A DNA stretch of 64,000 nucleotides from Lepidodermella squamata (Eukaryota; Animalia; Gastrotricha), in the NCBI GenBank assembly GCA_047495785.1, contig JBLDXI010000003.1, positions 3,162,001-3,226,000 on the forward strand, read 5' to 3'. The position numbers and the translations under genes were made by a program. Shown piece after piece: positions 46,725 to 61,434 of the stretch (its first letter is position 1; each line of letters begins with the position of its first letter). The notes beneath the pieces are model-generated. The model worked only from the letters and a program-made list of their open reading frames with translations, was not told the DNA's origin and made no database searches.

Positions 46725-48580
46725 TCACTCAGTTCGGCTTCGACTAAGCGATGAACTCGGAGTCTTCGGATCTAACGGTCTAGCTTCTGCCAATCCACAC
46801 ATTTCCATCAAGTTAGCCGGTTCGATATCCAAAATAATAAGAGACAATTTTCCACTGATTTGACTTGGCTGAATCTATAATCAAAAAGTGATTGAACGCG
46901 AAAAGAAAATTAGAAAATTACTTTGAAGTAAACTTTGACTTTCTCGAACAGGTAGCGCCATTTCAGTTCGCATCGCTCACTCGGCGTTTTGGCAACGAGG
47001 TCCTTAGCCGAATTTTCGAGAATTTTACGAGCCATTCGATCATTGAGTTGAAGCCAACGCAAAGTCCCGGAATCATCGGATAAATCGATCGACATTCGAT
47101 ACATCCAAACCGGCTCGATTCGGCGCGGTTCACCCCCGTCCTCATCCACCTCAACTTGAGCACCGGAGTACGTGACACGGCATCGCGAATCCGGACATTG
47201 GCGAAGTTCGTTTTCGGTATTTTCTTCAGCCACGTTCAAAAATCGGCCACAATTACCACAAGCGAGGCGGGCGAAGTCAGAAACTGGTTCGACTATCGGG
47301 AAACGAGTGATGTAACCAAACATGAAACCAGCCACCGTAATTCGCCCCATAGATTGACGCGTTAATTCGGCTGAGGTGAAAAGTGCATTCGCTGATGTCC
47401 TTTGCTGATTGAATTCATTCATCTTGGCTTGGCAGCTCAGATAAACTTGGCGAGCCTGTTCAGCATTGAACTGCTCTTTGATACTAGCAACTGCAGATAA
47501 CAATAGCATTAATCTAAGAACACAAGAAATATAATCAAGATTACTGTCAATCTCTCCGGCTTCTTCATCGTTGTTTCCGAAAACTTCTGCCGCGTCGTTT
47601 TGAACAAGGCGATTGAGACGTTCAGCATCAGGAACTGCAGGATTAGGAATCGCAATGGTGCGAACGCTCGTCTGGCCTACGAAATTCTTTCGGTATTTCT
47701 CGTCAAACTTGATTTGAATGTCCGTGAAGAAAACGACTTCATTCTTGCGCCAAGTATGAGCAAAATGAATAAGCTCAGGTTCCCAAAACGTGATGACTAA
47801 AATTTGCCGGAAATAAATTTAGAAAATGAGACAAGATAATGAAACCTACGAAAATCAGTGCAAGAGCTATCTAAAATATGGACGTCGCAGCAGCTGATGT
47901 CCCTGCCGTCTTTTCGCGACTTCAGGTGGCGTTCACTTCCGACAGATTTAACAACGGCTAACAGGTTCACGTGTTCATTCTCGATTTTACGGCCCATTCT
48001 CATGACTTGGTTCAACGTGTAAAAATCACTTGAGTCACGAACAGGTTGGCACATCAACCAGGCAAGGTTGTGAGGCCTAGGATTTGCTGCAGGGCAAATC
48101 ATGCGAATAGAGCCGGCAGACGCTGACAAGGTTAGTTCGATTAGGCTGGGTGTCGGTGGTGCGTAGCGCTCTTCTTCACCTGGAGATTTCTTAGTGACAA
48201 CGCGAGCTCCAGTTACACGAATAATATCCCCGATGTGGAAAGTGTGCGAGATTTCATCGGTATCACTCCAAACAGACAAGTTAATAAAATCTGATATGCT
48301 GTCTCGGATTGTGCAATTGAAAACACATCGGGCTGCTGATTGTTTGGCACCTGACAAAACAGTGGATGATGAAAAAAATAACGCAATAATGCCTTCAAGT
48401 ACCAAGGAAAAAAGATGGAAGTGCCTGTGGTTGCTTTTCCGGTGTGCCCCCTGCGGATGAGCCAGATAGGCAGCGAACTGAACTTTTCGCTATCACCAAC
48501 GCATCTAGAAGAAATCCTGTGCGGTGCGGGACAAGATCTTTGATCTGGCACAACTGACTGTTCGCAGAATTGAATGTCAT
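46725..48580 (-). CDS. MEIOB: Meiosis-specific OB-fold ssDNA-binding protein
   Basis: FNCTIRDSISDFINLSVW..FHIGD..EERYAPPTPS; HVNLLAVVKSVG; CGNC..C; IDLSDDSGTL..ELKWRYLFEKVKVYFK match MEIOB motifs. Exons are phase-compatible; stop at 46725-46727. Confidence 0.92.
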
Positions 48581-51500
48581 GCTGCCGTTATATCAAACTA
48601 TACTTGAATGTGACGCAAATCGCTATTATCAATAAAAAACCGTAAAAGGCCAAAAAAGTGACGCCAGAGTAAAGCGTTAACAAGTTACATGACCGTAAGA
48701 AAGAATTTTGCGTCTCATAGAAGGGGGATTAAGATTGATTGATGCAGCCGTTCAGCGTATAATTCCAACGGAATACGTGGCAACTATAAATGGAATATGA
48801 ACTGCTTTGTTTCAGAGCGCTAGAACAGTTTTGGTTTGCTGGCACTTGACAGTCACTAAACGATGAACAATGAACTTTGAGTTGAACTTTCACATATGGG
48901 AGATAAAGCTTACAGGCTACTCGATCCTCGGCCGATGAGATGCTTGGCTTGTGCCAAGAGCCCTGCCGCAGAGTCAGCCCAGCACCTGCCCTGTCCAAGC
49001 CCTGCCGCGAGAGTGAGAACACGCGATTTGAAAAATCCCGCCAAGTTCACGTCGGTGAAAGTCGCAGAAAAAAGTGTGATATTGAAAAATATATAATTTA
49101 GGGATTATTGATCAATCGAAACAAATCCATGTTAAAAACCCTCGAACCTATTGATTTGACCTTGACATTATTGGCGGGGTATTTGAATTTTTTTGGCGCG
49201 ATCGATTTTCATCATCGAACCCTCAACGCATTGCCAACGCTGATCGTCGATTGTTGCCTGCTTTTTGTCATCTCTAATCTCCCAGTCATTTTTCGGTTAA
49301 GTTGTCCTCAATTTTTTTTAGCGGCAGTTTTTCGCTTGGCTTCAATGGCTTGGGTGTCTTGGATCATTCTCCATTCCAATTTTTTCGCATTTTGCATTGA
49401 TGGCGATGTTGATGACGTGCTGAGTTCCAGGCATTCTACCAGAGCCTGTCTCCGTTAGGGAGTTTCTCGGAGATGCTCAAGTACCCTGCATTTAATCCCG
49501 AATTAGAACGTCATTACTCCGTGTAAAAAATTTAATACTTTGGTTTCGGATTGCAGATTGAGGAACTTGATTCTTGATTGTGCTTAGCGAAATTGCACGG
49601 GGCCGTCATGCACAGCCTATTTGGCTCCTCCTTATCGAATTGACTATTACAGGTGAATTTCTTCGCCATGTCTATTACGTGTTGCATTTCGAATTATCGA
49701 ATTTTGAAGTCTCAATGTGCAATTGTCACTTCTCCCTTTTTCCACTCTAATTATGTATTATGCAACTGAGTTAATGTTGTTGTATGTTTTTAGATAGGTA
49801 TGATGCATTAGCTCTCCAATCTCATGTTTTGCTATTTGGCATTGCGCTATAACCTTGGATCGCGACTTGGATTGATCACCTGACGAGTTTCGCGTGATCA
49901 AGCTCAGCTTTCATAATGCGTGGGGTGGATCGTAACATCATTGGAATTGAAATTAAAATTTCGACGTCGCGCCAGTTTGTAGAGAAGGAAATTCGTTGAC
50001 ATGGCTTAACCATGACTTATTACCTTTGAAGTTTGTTCAGGCTGTCAGTGGTTAGTGTTGAGCGCCACACGACAGTTGAATGGAATCGGTGCGAGAGGTG
50101 GCGGTAATCCTTGTTTACTAGATGGCGATTAACGGTTTTAACTGGCTGCTAAACGTCAACACACGTTGTTGATTGTTTTGCACCTGTTCATCGTTGATCT
50201 AGCTATTGAATATTCTATCTAATCCTATTATCATTTCTTTGATATTGGATGTGCATGATACCTTTTGTGCTGTTTCACTTTTTTCGATTCCTCCCGTTCA
50301 ACGAATTCCGTGGGAAGTCCTTGGCAGGTATACTCCGACGCGACACTCACGCGTGACCTTGCGATATATTTGTTATTCCATTGTCGCCCTTGTGATTCAA
50401 GCGTGCAATGTCCCGTGCTCATCCTTTCATTACAATTTCGCAGGGTGCGAGGACGCATTCTTGCGCGCTGTGTTGTTGCAATTAAAACCACGTCCTAACT
50501 CTTTTCAAACAGTCATCGCCACACGTCGGTGAGACGTCGCTCACGGGCATGTTTCTCTTTCAGGCAACAGGCTGGGTAACAAGCACCCCAATGTGCTCAG
50601 CCGAGCATGTGCCATGTTATTTCCTTCTTGAAGTGTGAATGCTTGTCTCATAAAGGACTCGCTATTGCTTTGTTGTTGTTGTTGATATTACACAAATTTC
50701 ACCCGTAGCAGGTAGTAACGATCCCCAGCACGTGGCTAATGAGAGAGATAACTTGGCACGCATTTCACGCTGCAATGGGCTCTTCCTTGTTATTAACACT
50801 ATTGGCGAGGCTAGGCACGTCTTGGTCGCCTGTTTGTTTTGATTAGACCGGTCAACTGGCTTGTGTTAAAGAGAGACCGGGAGCGCGCTTCGGCCTCCCG
50901 CGCCGCGCATGCTCTTCACGGCATTGTTGCTACGGCGGCGGCGGCTCGAATACTCGACGGGATTCGGCGGCGGAACATTATCACAGCATTACCACATGTT
51001 AAATAAATGTCGCGGTGTAAGCGTAGAGCTTACCTAGTTGGTTATATTTATATCAGCATCATTTACGCGATGCGCGTACATGTGTATTAAATATCAGGTG
51101 TGTACCGCATTATTATACACTACTGTTTATACCTATCTATCTATCCATCTGTGTATAAGGTGTGTATAGCTCGCGCTGTTGAGCCAATTCACAGCCTATC
51201 GCTACCGAGGCTGTCTTTTATTACGATGTCGCCGTTGTTGCCCATCACTCGGCTGCAGAGCCTTCTCCTTTTAAATACTATGTTAAACCAACAACATTCC
51301 ATTTTCGCCGCTAATACTCTTCGCGGTGTCGTCCGAAACACAATTGCCAAGCCAGTCGGAAGTGTTTGCATTGGGGCCTGGTCCCCTATAGTTCACTCCT
51401 TGCGCCGGCCGCAAATAGCACACGCCTCAGGCACGAATAGTACCTGGTTATTGTTGTAATAATAACAATATTATAATGATGAAATCAACCGCACGTGTCT

Positions 51501-51705
51501 TGCGGTTTTACACGCGCCATTTCTATTTGTTCCGCTGCTAAAATGATTGCCATCTATCTATCATTTTTCGCGCTGTCAGTCACACCTGGCTGCCAAGACG
51601 AAAATAATGGCAATATCTGGCTAATTTTTCTGCATCCTAGATTTTATTCTTACATACATGAAATGATTTGATTTTACGCAATTTTACAACGATATTGTTA
51701 CAAGT

Positions 51706-54700
51706 ATGTCGACGCTTTCGATTACGCCTGTGACGAAAAAGTTGATGGCTACGTATACGGCGAACGGAAACGGAACGGCAAACGGCAATGGCCATTCGAA
51801 TGGCAATCCATTGATGCAAAATATGTCACTCGATGTTTTACAACTCGATCCTGTTGAACGAGCTGTTGTTATCATTGGCGGTGAGTCCCATTTGACAGTC
51901 TTATTCGCATTTTAATTTAAAATTTTACCTAAATTTTCCTTCGCATGTTATCTCGACAATGAAGTTTGAAAAATTTACGCAGTGTCAGTTGGGTGATTCG
52001 TTAATCAAAAGCCATGCAGACCGCCATAACAGCGAATACCCGAAACAGCGAACACGACAAAACAGCGAAAAATCTAATTTGCGACATAACAGCGATTTTA
52101 ATATAGGACATTACACAGCATTTTGGGGAGGATTTTTTGGGGAGATGTATATTTATTACTTAGATATACAAGCCCTGAGCCTCAGAGTTCAAATGACTCC
52201 GTTCTACCCTGACATTTAGTCAAGGCTGACATTATTTTCATGCAGTACGATACCTCTAATTTGAATTTTAGTGGTTATGTGCTCGATTTTAATAAACAGT
52301 GAAACGAGGTTCTCGTTTTTCGTTAAATTTGTGTGCCCAATCGTCGCCTGAATCATTGTTTTATATCGCGATTTAACATTTGTGGGTAATTAATTCAAAG
52401 ATACATAGATCGAAATTTGGTAATTCAACGATTTCTTGGGAAAACTGAGAAATTAGGTCTTCTGAGGTCTCAATTTCATGTAAGATAAAAAATAAAAAAT
52501 TGATTGTGCGTAAAAAAAATCATATTTTTATAGTAAATTGGTTTAATTTTAAGAGAACGCGGGTGAAAATTGCATTGTCCTGAAAAAGAAAATTTGAAAA
52601 AATATTGAGGCGAAATGATTCTATTTAGAATTACTGATAGGTCATTTGGCCTAGATTACTGTATGTCTACTAATTTTCGGTGGTCACTAATTTTCGGTTT
52701 TGGAGATTTCGGACCTGTACTTTTAATTTCGGTGGATTTGAATTCGGTTTGAGAGTAGCTCCTGAGAAAAAAATTCGAAATTAGTCACTTAAAAATTTGT
52801 TTCAGTGCTTCGATTTCGTGTTTTTACACGCTATGAGGAGATAATCACTGCTTTAGCAGGGTCAATATCTGCTGCTTCCAATATCCTTACTACCTAAAAT
52901 TGCAGGTAACACAATTTTGGCACATTTTACCCTACTTTACCATGATAAAGCTGTATTGTAGAAAAGAACTATAAATAGGCCGAATTTATTTTCGGTGATT
53001 TTGAAAGATCAAACCGAAAATTAGTGACCACCGAAAATTAGTAGATATACAGTATAGACCAAAAGTTCAAAGAATTCCTAATTTTTGCGAAGCCTTATAC
53101 GATTTATTTTTGGGTCTTACTTTCAGCGGAACCAAATTTTGGAATTTTCAATGAGCCTAAAACCAATTTTCGAGACTTTTACAGATGTTGTGATTGACCA
53201 GCAATATTTAAAATGAATAATCCTTAAGCTTAACTTCGGTATAAGGCTCATTCTTCCCTATATAATTCATACATTGCCTTAGTTTCGTAGAAATATTCGA
53301 AAAGCGACCTTTGGCTTATCTAAAGTTAGGTTCCGCAACAGCTAAATTTGGTTCCGCTAAAATATATTCTGTTTCTTTTTATTGAACCGTCCTCACGATT
53401 CGAAAAATCGGCCCTAATCATACTGATTCAAAGAAGGGTCCAAAAATGTTGTTTTGTCCCTAAATTTTTCTAATATTTCATGGAGAGAATAAATTGTCGA
53501 GATATCTACATTTTATTTTCGATTTTGAGTTCAAAATGTTGTTGTCAATTTTTTAAGGTGGAGTTGAAAATTTTTGCGTATTGCGTGCCGCTCGTGTCGG
53601 TGTGATTTCAGCGTCGCAGTACTCGGCTAATAATAATCTAGGCAATTATCAGCGTTATTTTTCATGGAGTCAGTTGTGAGTTATTATAATATCGTCATCG
53701 CCCGACTCGACGATGAAGTTTATACAACACAGGAAAGTAAAGGTACACATGGAGTGGCATTAGCAGCAGGGCGTCGACATTTTTAGTACTGCCAGTAATA
53801 TCGGCAGTCGCGGTCTCTCAGCAGTCAAACAACATCACAGTTTTATTGCACTGACTGATACGGCGACAACGCTTTTGTGTATCGACAGCCGCCTAAAATG
53901 TTAACGCCGTTATTACCATTTATGCTTGTAGGTATACATTTAGGGCTGACGATGTTAAAATGTGGCCCGCGCGCGCGCGCTCGCTCTACAAAAGCGCGCG
54001 CAACAGTTTACGACGAGGTGGATTAATACGGCTGCTATATTAACTACATTTCTGCGCGCGTTTATTTGGGGCTTCACGCGCTTGCGAAACTCTGCTGAAC
54101 AACAATCGCTGCTGAAATGCCGCGTGCGATAGCAGCAGCACTGCACTGCTTACTCTGTGACCTTGTGATATAACGCCCGCCACCGCCAAGTTACGATACT
54201 ATGTACCTACACTTCGTTTTCGCTGTTCGTGAAAATTTGCATGGCTTTTATTACAGGCTTCCTATATATGTACAACTATACCATCTCGCGTTCGACCTCC
54301 GTTACACAAGTAATTTGCATACTAGGTTACAATAGTTACAACCCAGAAATAGTTTCCCAGGGAAAATTCGCCATCTTCCATCCTTCTTTTACTCGTTTCT
54401 TTCTTTTTTTCCTCCTGGGAATCTGCCGAAAAAATGGCTGATAATTTTAATTGAATTTATTTATTCCCAGAATCCAATCAACCTGCAAAAAAGGCATTTC
54501 ACTTAACTTTGAACCTCTAAAGTTTTCTTCTTTGCTCTAAAAATATCAAATTTCCTCGTACCAGTCTTAAATAGGAAAAAATCTGACTAGGAACGTATTT
54601 ATCGATCGAATTTACAGGTGTAAACTTAGCTTGAGTAAATACATCACTCAGTCGTAGAAAAAACGATAGAATTTTTTTACAATTTTTCTGTCTTTCACCC

Positions 54701-57700
54701 TCGAGCTGGAAACTCAGAGTGACGAAACATAATTTGCGTGTGAATTTTCTCGCCTTTTCATCTGCCTCGACGGGTTCAAACGCATTAAATAAACCTGTTG
54801 TTGATTTCTTAATTTTTCGGGATTATCCGCGCGACCTTTTGAGCGCCCGATGCAGAATTATATACGGCGGTCTAGGTTCCACCTTCATAGCTGAAACGTA
54901 TAATTTTTGCGGCGTTATTTGCACTTGAGTCGCCCATTGATGCGCATTTATCGCGCTTAGATGCCTCAGACGACGACAATATGGCGTTGTAGTTTTTTTT
55001 CTGCTGCTACCACTCACCTTCATGTATAATAAATAGTTGACATGATGCGATTACGCATCTCTAAGTAGTAGTAGCATGTCCTTTTTTTATTCAGCTTAGT
55101 CATCGTCGCCTTTTTTGCAGATTCTCTCGTAATGATATCAAATAGCTATCTATTTAACGATCGGCTATTGTTCCACGGCGAGGTGAATCAGCCACTGGGG
55201 TTACGCTAAAACCTACGCCAAAAAATAACTTTACGCTGACGCGCGATCTAATTGCCGCGGTGAATTTTTCATAATCCGGCAATATTTATTATTATTATTG
55301 TAATAATTTGCATCAAACATCATCTAGGTAGAAATCGATTATTTTCTTTCGTTTATTTCCTTCACCGTCGTAGCGAATTGCGGCACTCTCAGCTTGTAAT
55401 AACAATAATATTTCATGGCTCGATGACACGGCTCAGGAAGCTGCTTCACCTATATATAGGACACATACATACGCCCAAGTTATTATTTCCTCATTAAGGC
55501 GACGTTGTCACTATATACACTGCTCAAGTGTATAACAATAAGAGCGTTGTTTATTTTCGTTGTGCGTGTCGTTTCAACGCTGTTTACGTTATCTTCTCGT
55601 TCGTCGCAAATTTTAAGGCGGAATTTTTGAAAAAATTTCCACCTATTGTTATTATTATTATTATTATTATTATTTGCTCACATGCCATTTTGCCCTAAGG
55701 TCGCATTGTTATTAAAAAACCTCGTTTTTTTCATTATTTTTTACTCGACGTGCCGCTTCAATGCATATGTAGTAGAATTCCTTGTTTATTTTTCGCCCTC
55801 TATTAGTAATTGAGTTAGAGTTGTAGTTTCGTTGAATTGAATTTCGTAGTGCGTAAATACACCGTTCGGGCCGTTTTATCGCTGCCAAAACGTGACGGTT
55901 TGCTCGTAAATTTTGTGAGGTGGAAAACCGCATACCCACCAAATTACTTTTTTTACGATTATTATTTACTACTACCTGCCTTCGTTAACATCTGGCCTGT
56001 CTAAGCTATTACTTACACACGAGTTATTAGGAGCAGGATAAGGAAATCTTGTTACGCTCGCGTTCGCTGTGTAGCTTTTAATCGGTCACCCTCGAGTTAG
56101 TCAGCGTAATTGCCTTCTTCAACTGCGTTTTGTTGGTTATTTATGTTCGTGGTGGTAACCAGTAGTTGTAGGAGCCGGTGCACGGTTCAGTTGTTTTATA
56201 TTTGCTCACGTCTTGAGGTGTCGCGTCCAAGTGGAGCCGCTGTGAGCGAGCGTTACGGTCCATGGACTGCCTCGAATGGTCGCCGAGTTGCGGCAGCGCC
56301 ATCTTAAAAACGCAATGTCTCGCTAGACGGGACGCTTCCCCTAAACAACAAACGCTCGCTCGCATCAACTGCGACTCCACTAAATCTCGTACTAGAGTAA
56401 GAACATCGCTTTATCACTAGTCTCAATCTGTCGCCATTTTTCGTGCGATTACAATTTGTTATACATGACTTTTCGCCGTGAAGCTCTTTGTTGTGTTGTG
56501 CGGCTCAACAATCCACGACAACATTAACAATAGCGTGTGTAGCCTTATCGGTTTTTACGAGCTAAAAAACAACACTATCTGAACGAGAAGCCGCCTCCAA
56601 TTGAAATTCCCACGTATTTTACTTATCACGAAGAATTCCTGTGATACCGCTTCACACCCAATTTCCGTGCTAATTTTCAAGTCGCTCTGTTCCAATTCGC
56701 CTTGGTACTACTATCATGATATCGTAACGTATTAATTTTTTATTTCGATTTCCTTATCTTTTAGAATATCGTTATCAAAATATATCATTTCCCTAGAAAT
56801 ACTTCGTTTACCGTTCCCTTGAATTATCGCTAAAATTTATTGCTTTCGTCCCACTTAATTTTCAGGATTTTATTATTACCTTCCTGCTCTATCGAGCATC
56901 GATACGAAATTCTGCTTGATCCATTTCTTTTAGATGTGACAAGTGACGATTCTTAGATAAGTATTTAATAGGTGGCATAAGTACTTATAGTTTCAGTACT
57001 ACTTTTAGGAAAAAGCTCTTATCACCCCGAAAAAGTACCGCCAATATTGACATTTATAAGCGGTCATCCTTCTACGGCTTTTATCAGGTCGTAAAAATTG
57101 GAACTTTTTCTCACGGAAATTAGGTCCAAAGCAATCAAAGTAATCTTCAAACCCACCTTTTCTTCAATTTTGAATTGAATTAATCTGACCACAGAATTCT
57201 TTGATTCAATCAAAATTAGTGTTTCATTTCTCGCCTGGCAATCGACCTTTTTTCTTATTCAAGACTTCCGCAGGAGTTGAGGTCGCCGTAATTAATGAAG
57301 GCAGCTTATAATTAGGTGTGGCTTGATAATTCTCTCGGAAGCTCGTTTTTCGATAAGGATACTTCTCGGAATAACGGTTTTTTTTATTCCCTGTTTCTCA
57401 TTAGGACTTATCTTATCCACCTCAATCTTTTCACTGATAATTTGCATCATTCAACATGTAATTTTGTCTAGCCTCGGAAATTGTTTGAAAAATATACTTA
57501 CTGTTTATTTAAAAGAACAAAAAAAGCTATAATTTATTTGCGCAAAGAAATTGATGAGCTCATCGTCGTACTATTTGGACAACGGCGTGGCGGCTCGAGG
57601 CCGGTCGTCGCCGGTTAAGCGAGCTGCTTCTTCGCTGGCTTCGTCCAGTCGAGAGCACTCGCCGTTTTTCTACGGCAGCCAGCAAAGTGGCCTGGACACA

Positions 57701-60700
57701 GCCGCCCCGCAGTGGGGCCTGGTCAGCAGCCATCCCGACTACGTGTTCGCCCACACCTCGAACGACGCCGACTTGACTCGCGCGGACTTGTTTGAAAAGA
57801 GCCGCGTCGATGGAACCCGTGAGTGCACGTAATTACTGTACATAGCGAGTCACGTGCGTGGTAAACACGTATAATATGCTACCTTGAAGAAACCGGGACA
57901 CGCAAATAGTGTTTTTGGCGCTGATAATGCGTGTCGTGTCATCATTATCCGCCTTAAAAATCCCGTTGCGTCGGGCTTTTCGGGGGTCCTGCCCGCCTAT
58001 TGTTTCAACGCGAACAATAAAATGGCCCTTAACGGCGTCGTTGTTTTCCGCCCCATGCCGGCCCAGGTTGTTCGTGAAAACAAAAAACTCTGCGCCACGA
58101 AGCCGGATCGCGACCTTATATATAGTTTGTGAAGAGGGTAGGGCTATGTAGCGATGAGTGCTTGATCCAATATTTGGTTAGAAAAACGAACCCAGCAGAG
58201 CAGCGTCGTTATCATGGTCTGCCGCCTGTTTTCGCGCGCGCGGATGTCATCAGCGAGCACGGCTTCCTCTGAAAACCTGTTCAGACGCAACCGTGATCCC
58301 GGTTTTTGTTTGCCAAGACCTGCGAGCAGCAAAACACGGCCAAGACCCGGGCGTATTTTGCTGCCCTTACGTTGTAATAAATACCAGAATGAGTGACTTC
58401 CGGACCTTTGTTCCCCGTGCCATCAAGAGATTATTATTTTAATTGTGTCTCATCATACACAGCTTGTTTTTGCCCGCCCGAGAGTACACTGATTTTATCG
58501 CGGCCCGTTACATACTAATTATAGTGCAGACAGGAAAATTACAATTATTTGTCCAACGATTTTTGGGGACATCATCGGTTTTCTAGTTTAACCTGTTTGC
58601 TAACATGGCGGCACCGTTTGCCGAAGGTTTTAAACGCCTGCAACGCGGTTCGTCCATCGACAGAGCAAGTGAGCGCAACGCAACGCAAATTCCACCTTGA
58701 TATTATTTTTTTTCAATTTTTTTTATATTTACGCGCAATTTTTTCATATATTTGTATCGACATTTTTTTCAGATGAGCGCGATGCTGTGCAGAAGAAGAC
58801 TTTTACGAAATGGGTCAATCAACATCTCGGAAAAGTCGGCCAGCAGTTGCACGATCTCGTCGATGACATGAAAGATGGCAATAATTTAATTACTCTACTC
58901 GAAGTTTTAACCGGGCAATTTTTTGTACGTTTTTGAATTACATTTTTTATTGATTTTTTTGACCGATTTTCAATTTTTAGGATCGCGAACGTGGTCGAAC
59001 AACGATTCATCGAATTCAAAACGTTCAACGGGTTTTAGAATTTTTACGGAAGAAGAAAGGGGTTTGCAAAATTTATTGTAATATTTAGCCGAAAATACAA
59101 CAATTTTTCTGATTTTTTTTAGATAAAAATTGTTAATTTACGGCCTGAAGATATCGTCGATGGAAACCAGAAGCTTGTACTCGGTCTTATTTGGACCATT
59201 ATATTACACTTTCAGGTTTGCCGGTCGTCTTTTTACCTGATCAATATTCGCATTCATTTTAGAGCGGCTTATTCATTTTTATGGTCTCGATGCAACACAG
59301 ATTTAGGCTATTACTTGCGGATTATAAGTGAACAAATTACGCTGCTGCTGACATCGACGGTGTTACCAAGAAAAAGTACATAATATTATTAGAAAATAAT
59401 TAAAAACGCGTGTTAGCTATATTAAATTCCGTTTGAATATATACTCGACCTTTCAAGTTTTTTTCACCACCGCCGTAACGTGAGCTTTTCTTAATATTAA
59501 GATTAATATCAATGCCAAGGTGTTATTTGTGAAGGGAAGAAATAGACGCTATCTTAGACACCTCTTTTTCTGCGTCAAATCTCATCATCTCGTCGCTGCT
59601 CTTCATTCTGTTTATTTTTTATCGGCCGGACCAATTTTGCGCCGTCAATAGGCCCTCGTCGGAAATTCAATTAACCGAGTCATTTTTCTTCTTGGTGCAC
59701 ACTTTTTTGTTAAGGTAGATTTTTCTGCAATTATGAAACACGTTCTCCAGTGCATGTTTGATCCGCCTTAATGGCGCGCGCGTCCGTGACATTTATCCGC
59801 CTTAACGCCGCTACAGAAACTTCTTTCGGCAGGTGTGAGAAATGCTCGCGAGTTGTTTGTCTCTATAATATAGCAATTTTTAGCGCTTATTTGCTGGGAG
59901 ATTTTTTCTTCGGCGTCGTCGCGTATAATTTTGAATGTTAACTATAAACATCGTCGAGTTATATGGCGGCTGTCATCCATTGTAGTCCATCTCCGCCTTG
60001 ATTGCGATGATATATTAATAGTTTGCCATTGTTGTTGACCCTGGTTATGGGGGCTGGTTGCGATGTTCCTGCGTCGTTTATGCGCCAAAGTGAGCATTTA
60101 TTTCGTAATATATCTCGCGCGAAGGCATTACCGCACCATCGTCGTTCTGCATACCTAACGACGATAGAGATAGATAGATGGATGGATGGCTCAAACAACA
60201 TCAACAGCAAAAGTCAACGTTGCGCGTGGTGGGCCAAAATCGGCCCGCCGTTTTATTTGATCTACTATACGTTTCGCCGCGAGGGTTGTGCGCTAGGGAT
60301 GTTGTAGTTGTTGCTGCTTGGTACCTAACTGCCTACTCTCGATGAGGTCGAGCATGTCAACACGAGGCGAAACTCGGCCGCAAAATCTCGCCAGCGCTCG
60401 AAATATGCGCGCGCGCACGCTTTGTACATGACCTAGAAACGTATTATGCAGCCGCTGACGTTGACTTTTGTGTTTGTGCGCTGTTGTGTTTGGCCGTCCG
60501 TCTTTGAATAACGACGACGAAACAAGACGCCCCTTTTACCTGCCTGCCTGCCTTGTTGCCCATATTATAGCCGGTCATAAAACCGCCGCGGCTATTGTTG
60601 CGCGTAACTCTTCCTTTGTTCGCAGATCGTTTTAACATCTCTCTTGTTCCATCATTCAACTAGCAATTAATTAGTAGGTAATTGCTCGTGTTAACTTTAT

Positions 60701-61434
60701 TTGTCACTTGAACTCACACTGATAACTCCTTATCAGGGGTTTTACCTCTCAATTTTCAATTTCTCTCCATTTTTCAAGCAAAATTCTAGGAAAAGCAACG
60801 TTTGATCCCAGTTTGATGCGATTTATTACTAGGCAATTAGCCTAGAGTTTCATTAAGGTGGAATTTTTAATTTATTTCCTTTAGGTAGTAAATCTTGCTA
60901 ATAGCAAGTGGAAGGTGGACGTTTAAGGTGGAATTTTCAATCCATTTATTTGAAGAAATTTGATCTATCTTTGATCTCATGAAAGCAATTTGATCAAAAT
61001 TTGATCCTAACGTATTATCAAAAAATCCTAATTCATTTTGAATCGCATCAACAAGTTCAAACTTGCTTTGTTTTCTTTTATTATCGTTTTTATTAAAGCG
61101 TAAATAATTTTTTCAATTGAACCAGCTATTACATAAATTGAGGAAAGATATTCGCATGTATAAATTTTACGTATACCCGGCCGAGTCGCCTGAAGCGGCC
61201 GAAGCCGAGGCGCTGGCTTCATCTACGACGCCGTCGCCGGGTCGCTCGTCGTCTTCGATTTTAAATCAGAGCAGCCCAAATGACGGCATACCGACGGTTT
61301 CATGCGTCGCGATTGGCTCGCGACTTTTTATCGTTATTAAAGCGACCGGCGAGGCGTCGACCAGCCAGGATAGCGGGCACGAAGAAGACGAGGTCGACTC
61401 GCTGCGACATCAACAACAAGCGATTGATCAACAG
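51706..61434 (+). CDS. shot: 5' part of a spectraplakin (shot/VAB-10/dystonin/MACF1 family): alternative first exons and CH1 domain; continues beyond the window
   Basis: Exon 51706-51880 ends [12 protein letters not shown]. Alternative exon 57554-57818 starts MSSSSYY. Common exons 58773-58925 ([30 protein letters not shown]), 58981-59061 and 59123-59215 ([21 protein letters not shown]). A further phase-0 exon lies at about 61126-61434. Confidence 0.88.
52659..53052. mobile_element. Tc1/mariner/pogo-type MITE
   Basis: About 42-bp TIRs CTGTAT(G/A)TCTACTAATTTTCGGTGGTCACTAATTTTCGGTTT with one mismatch, flanked by TA on both sides. Confidence 0.88.
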
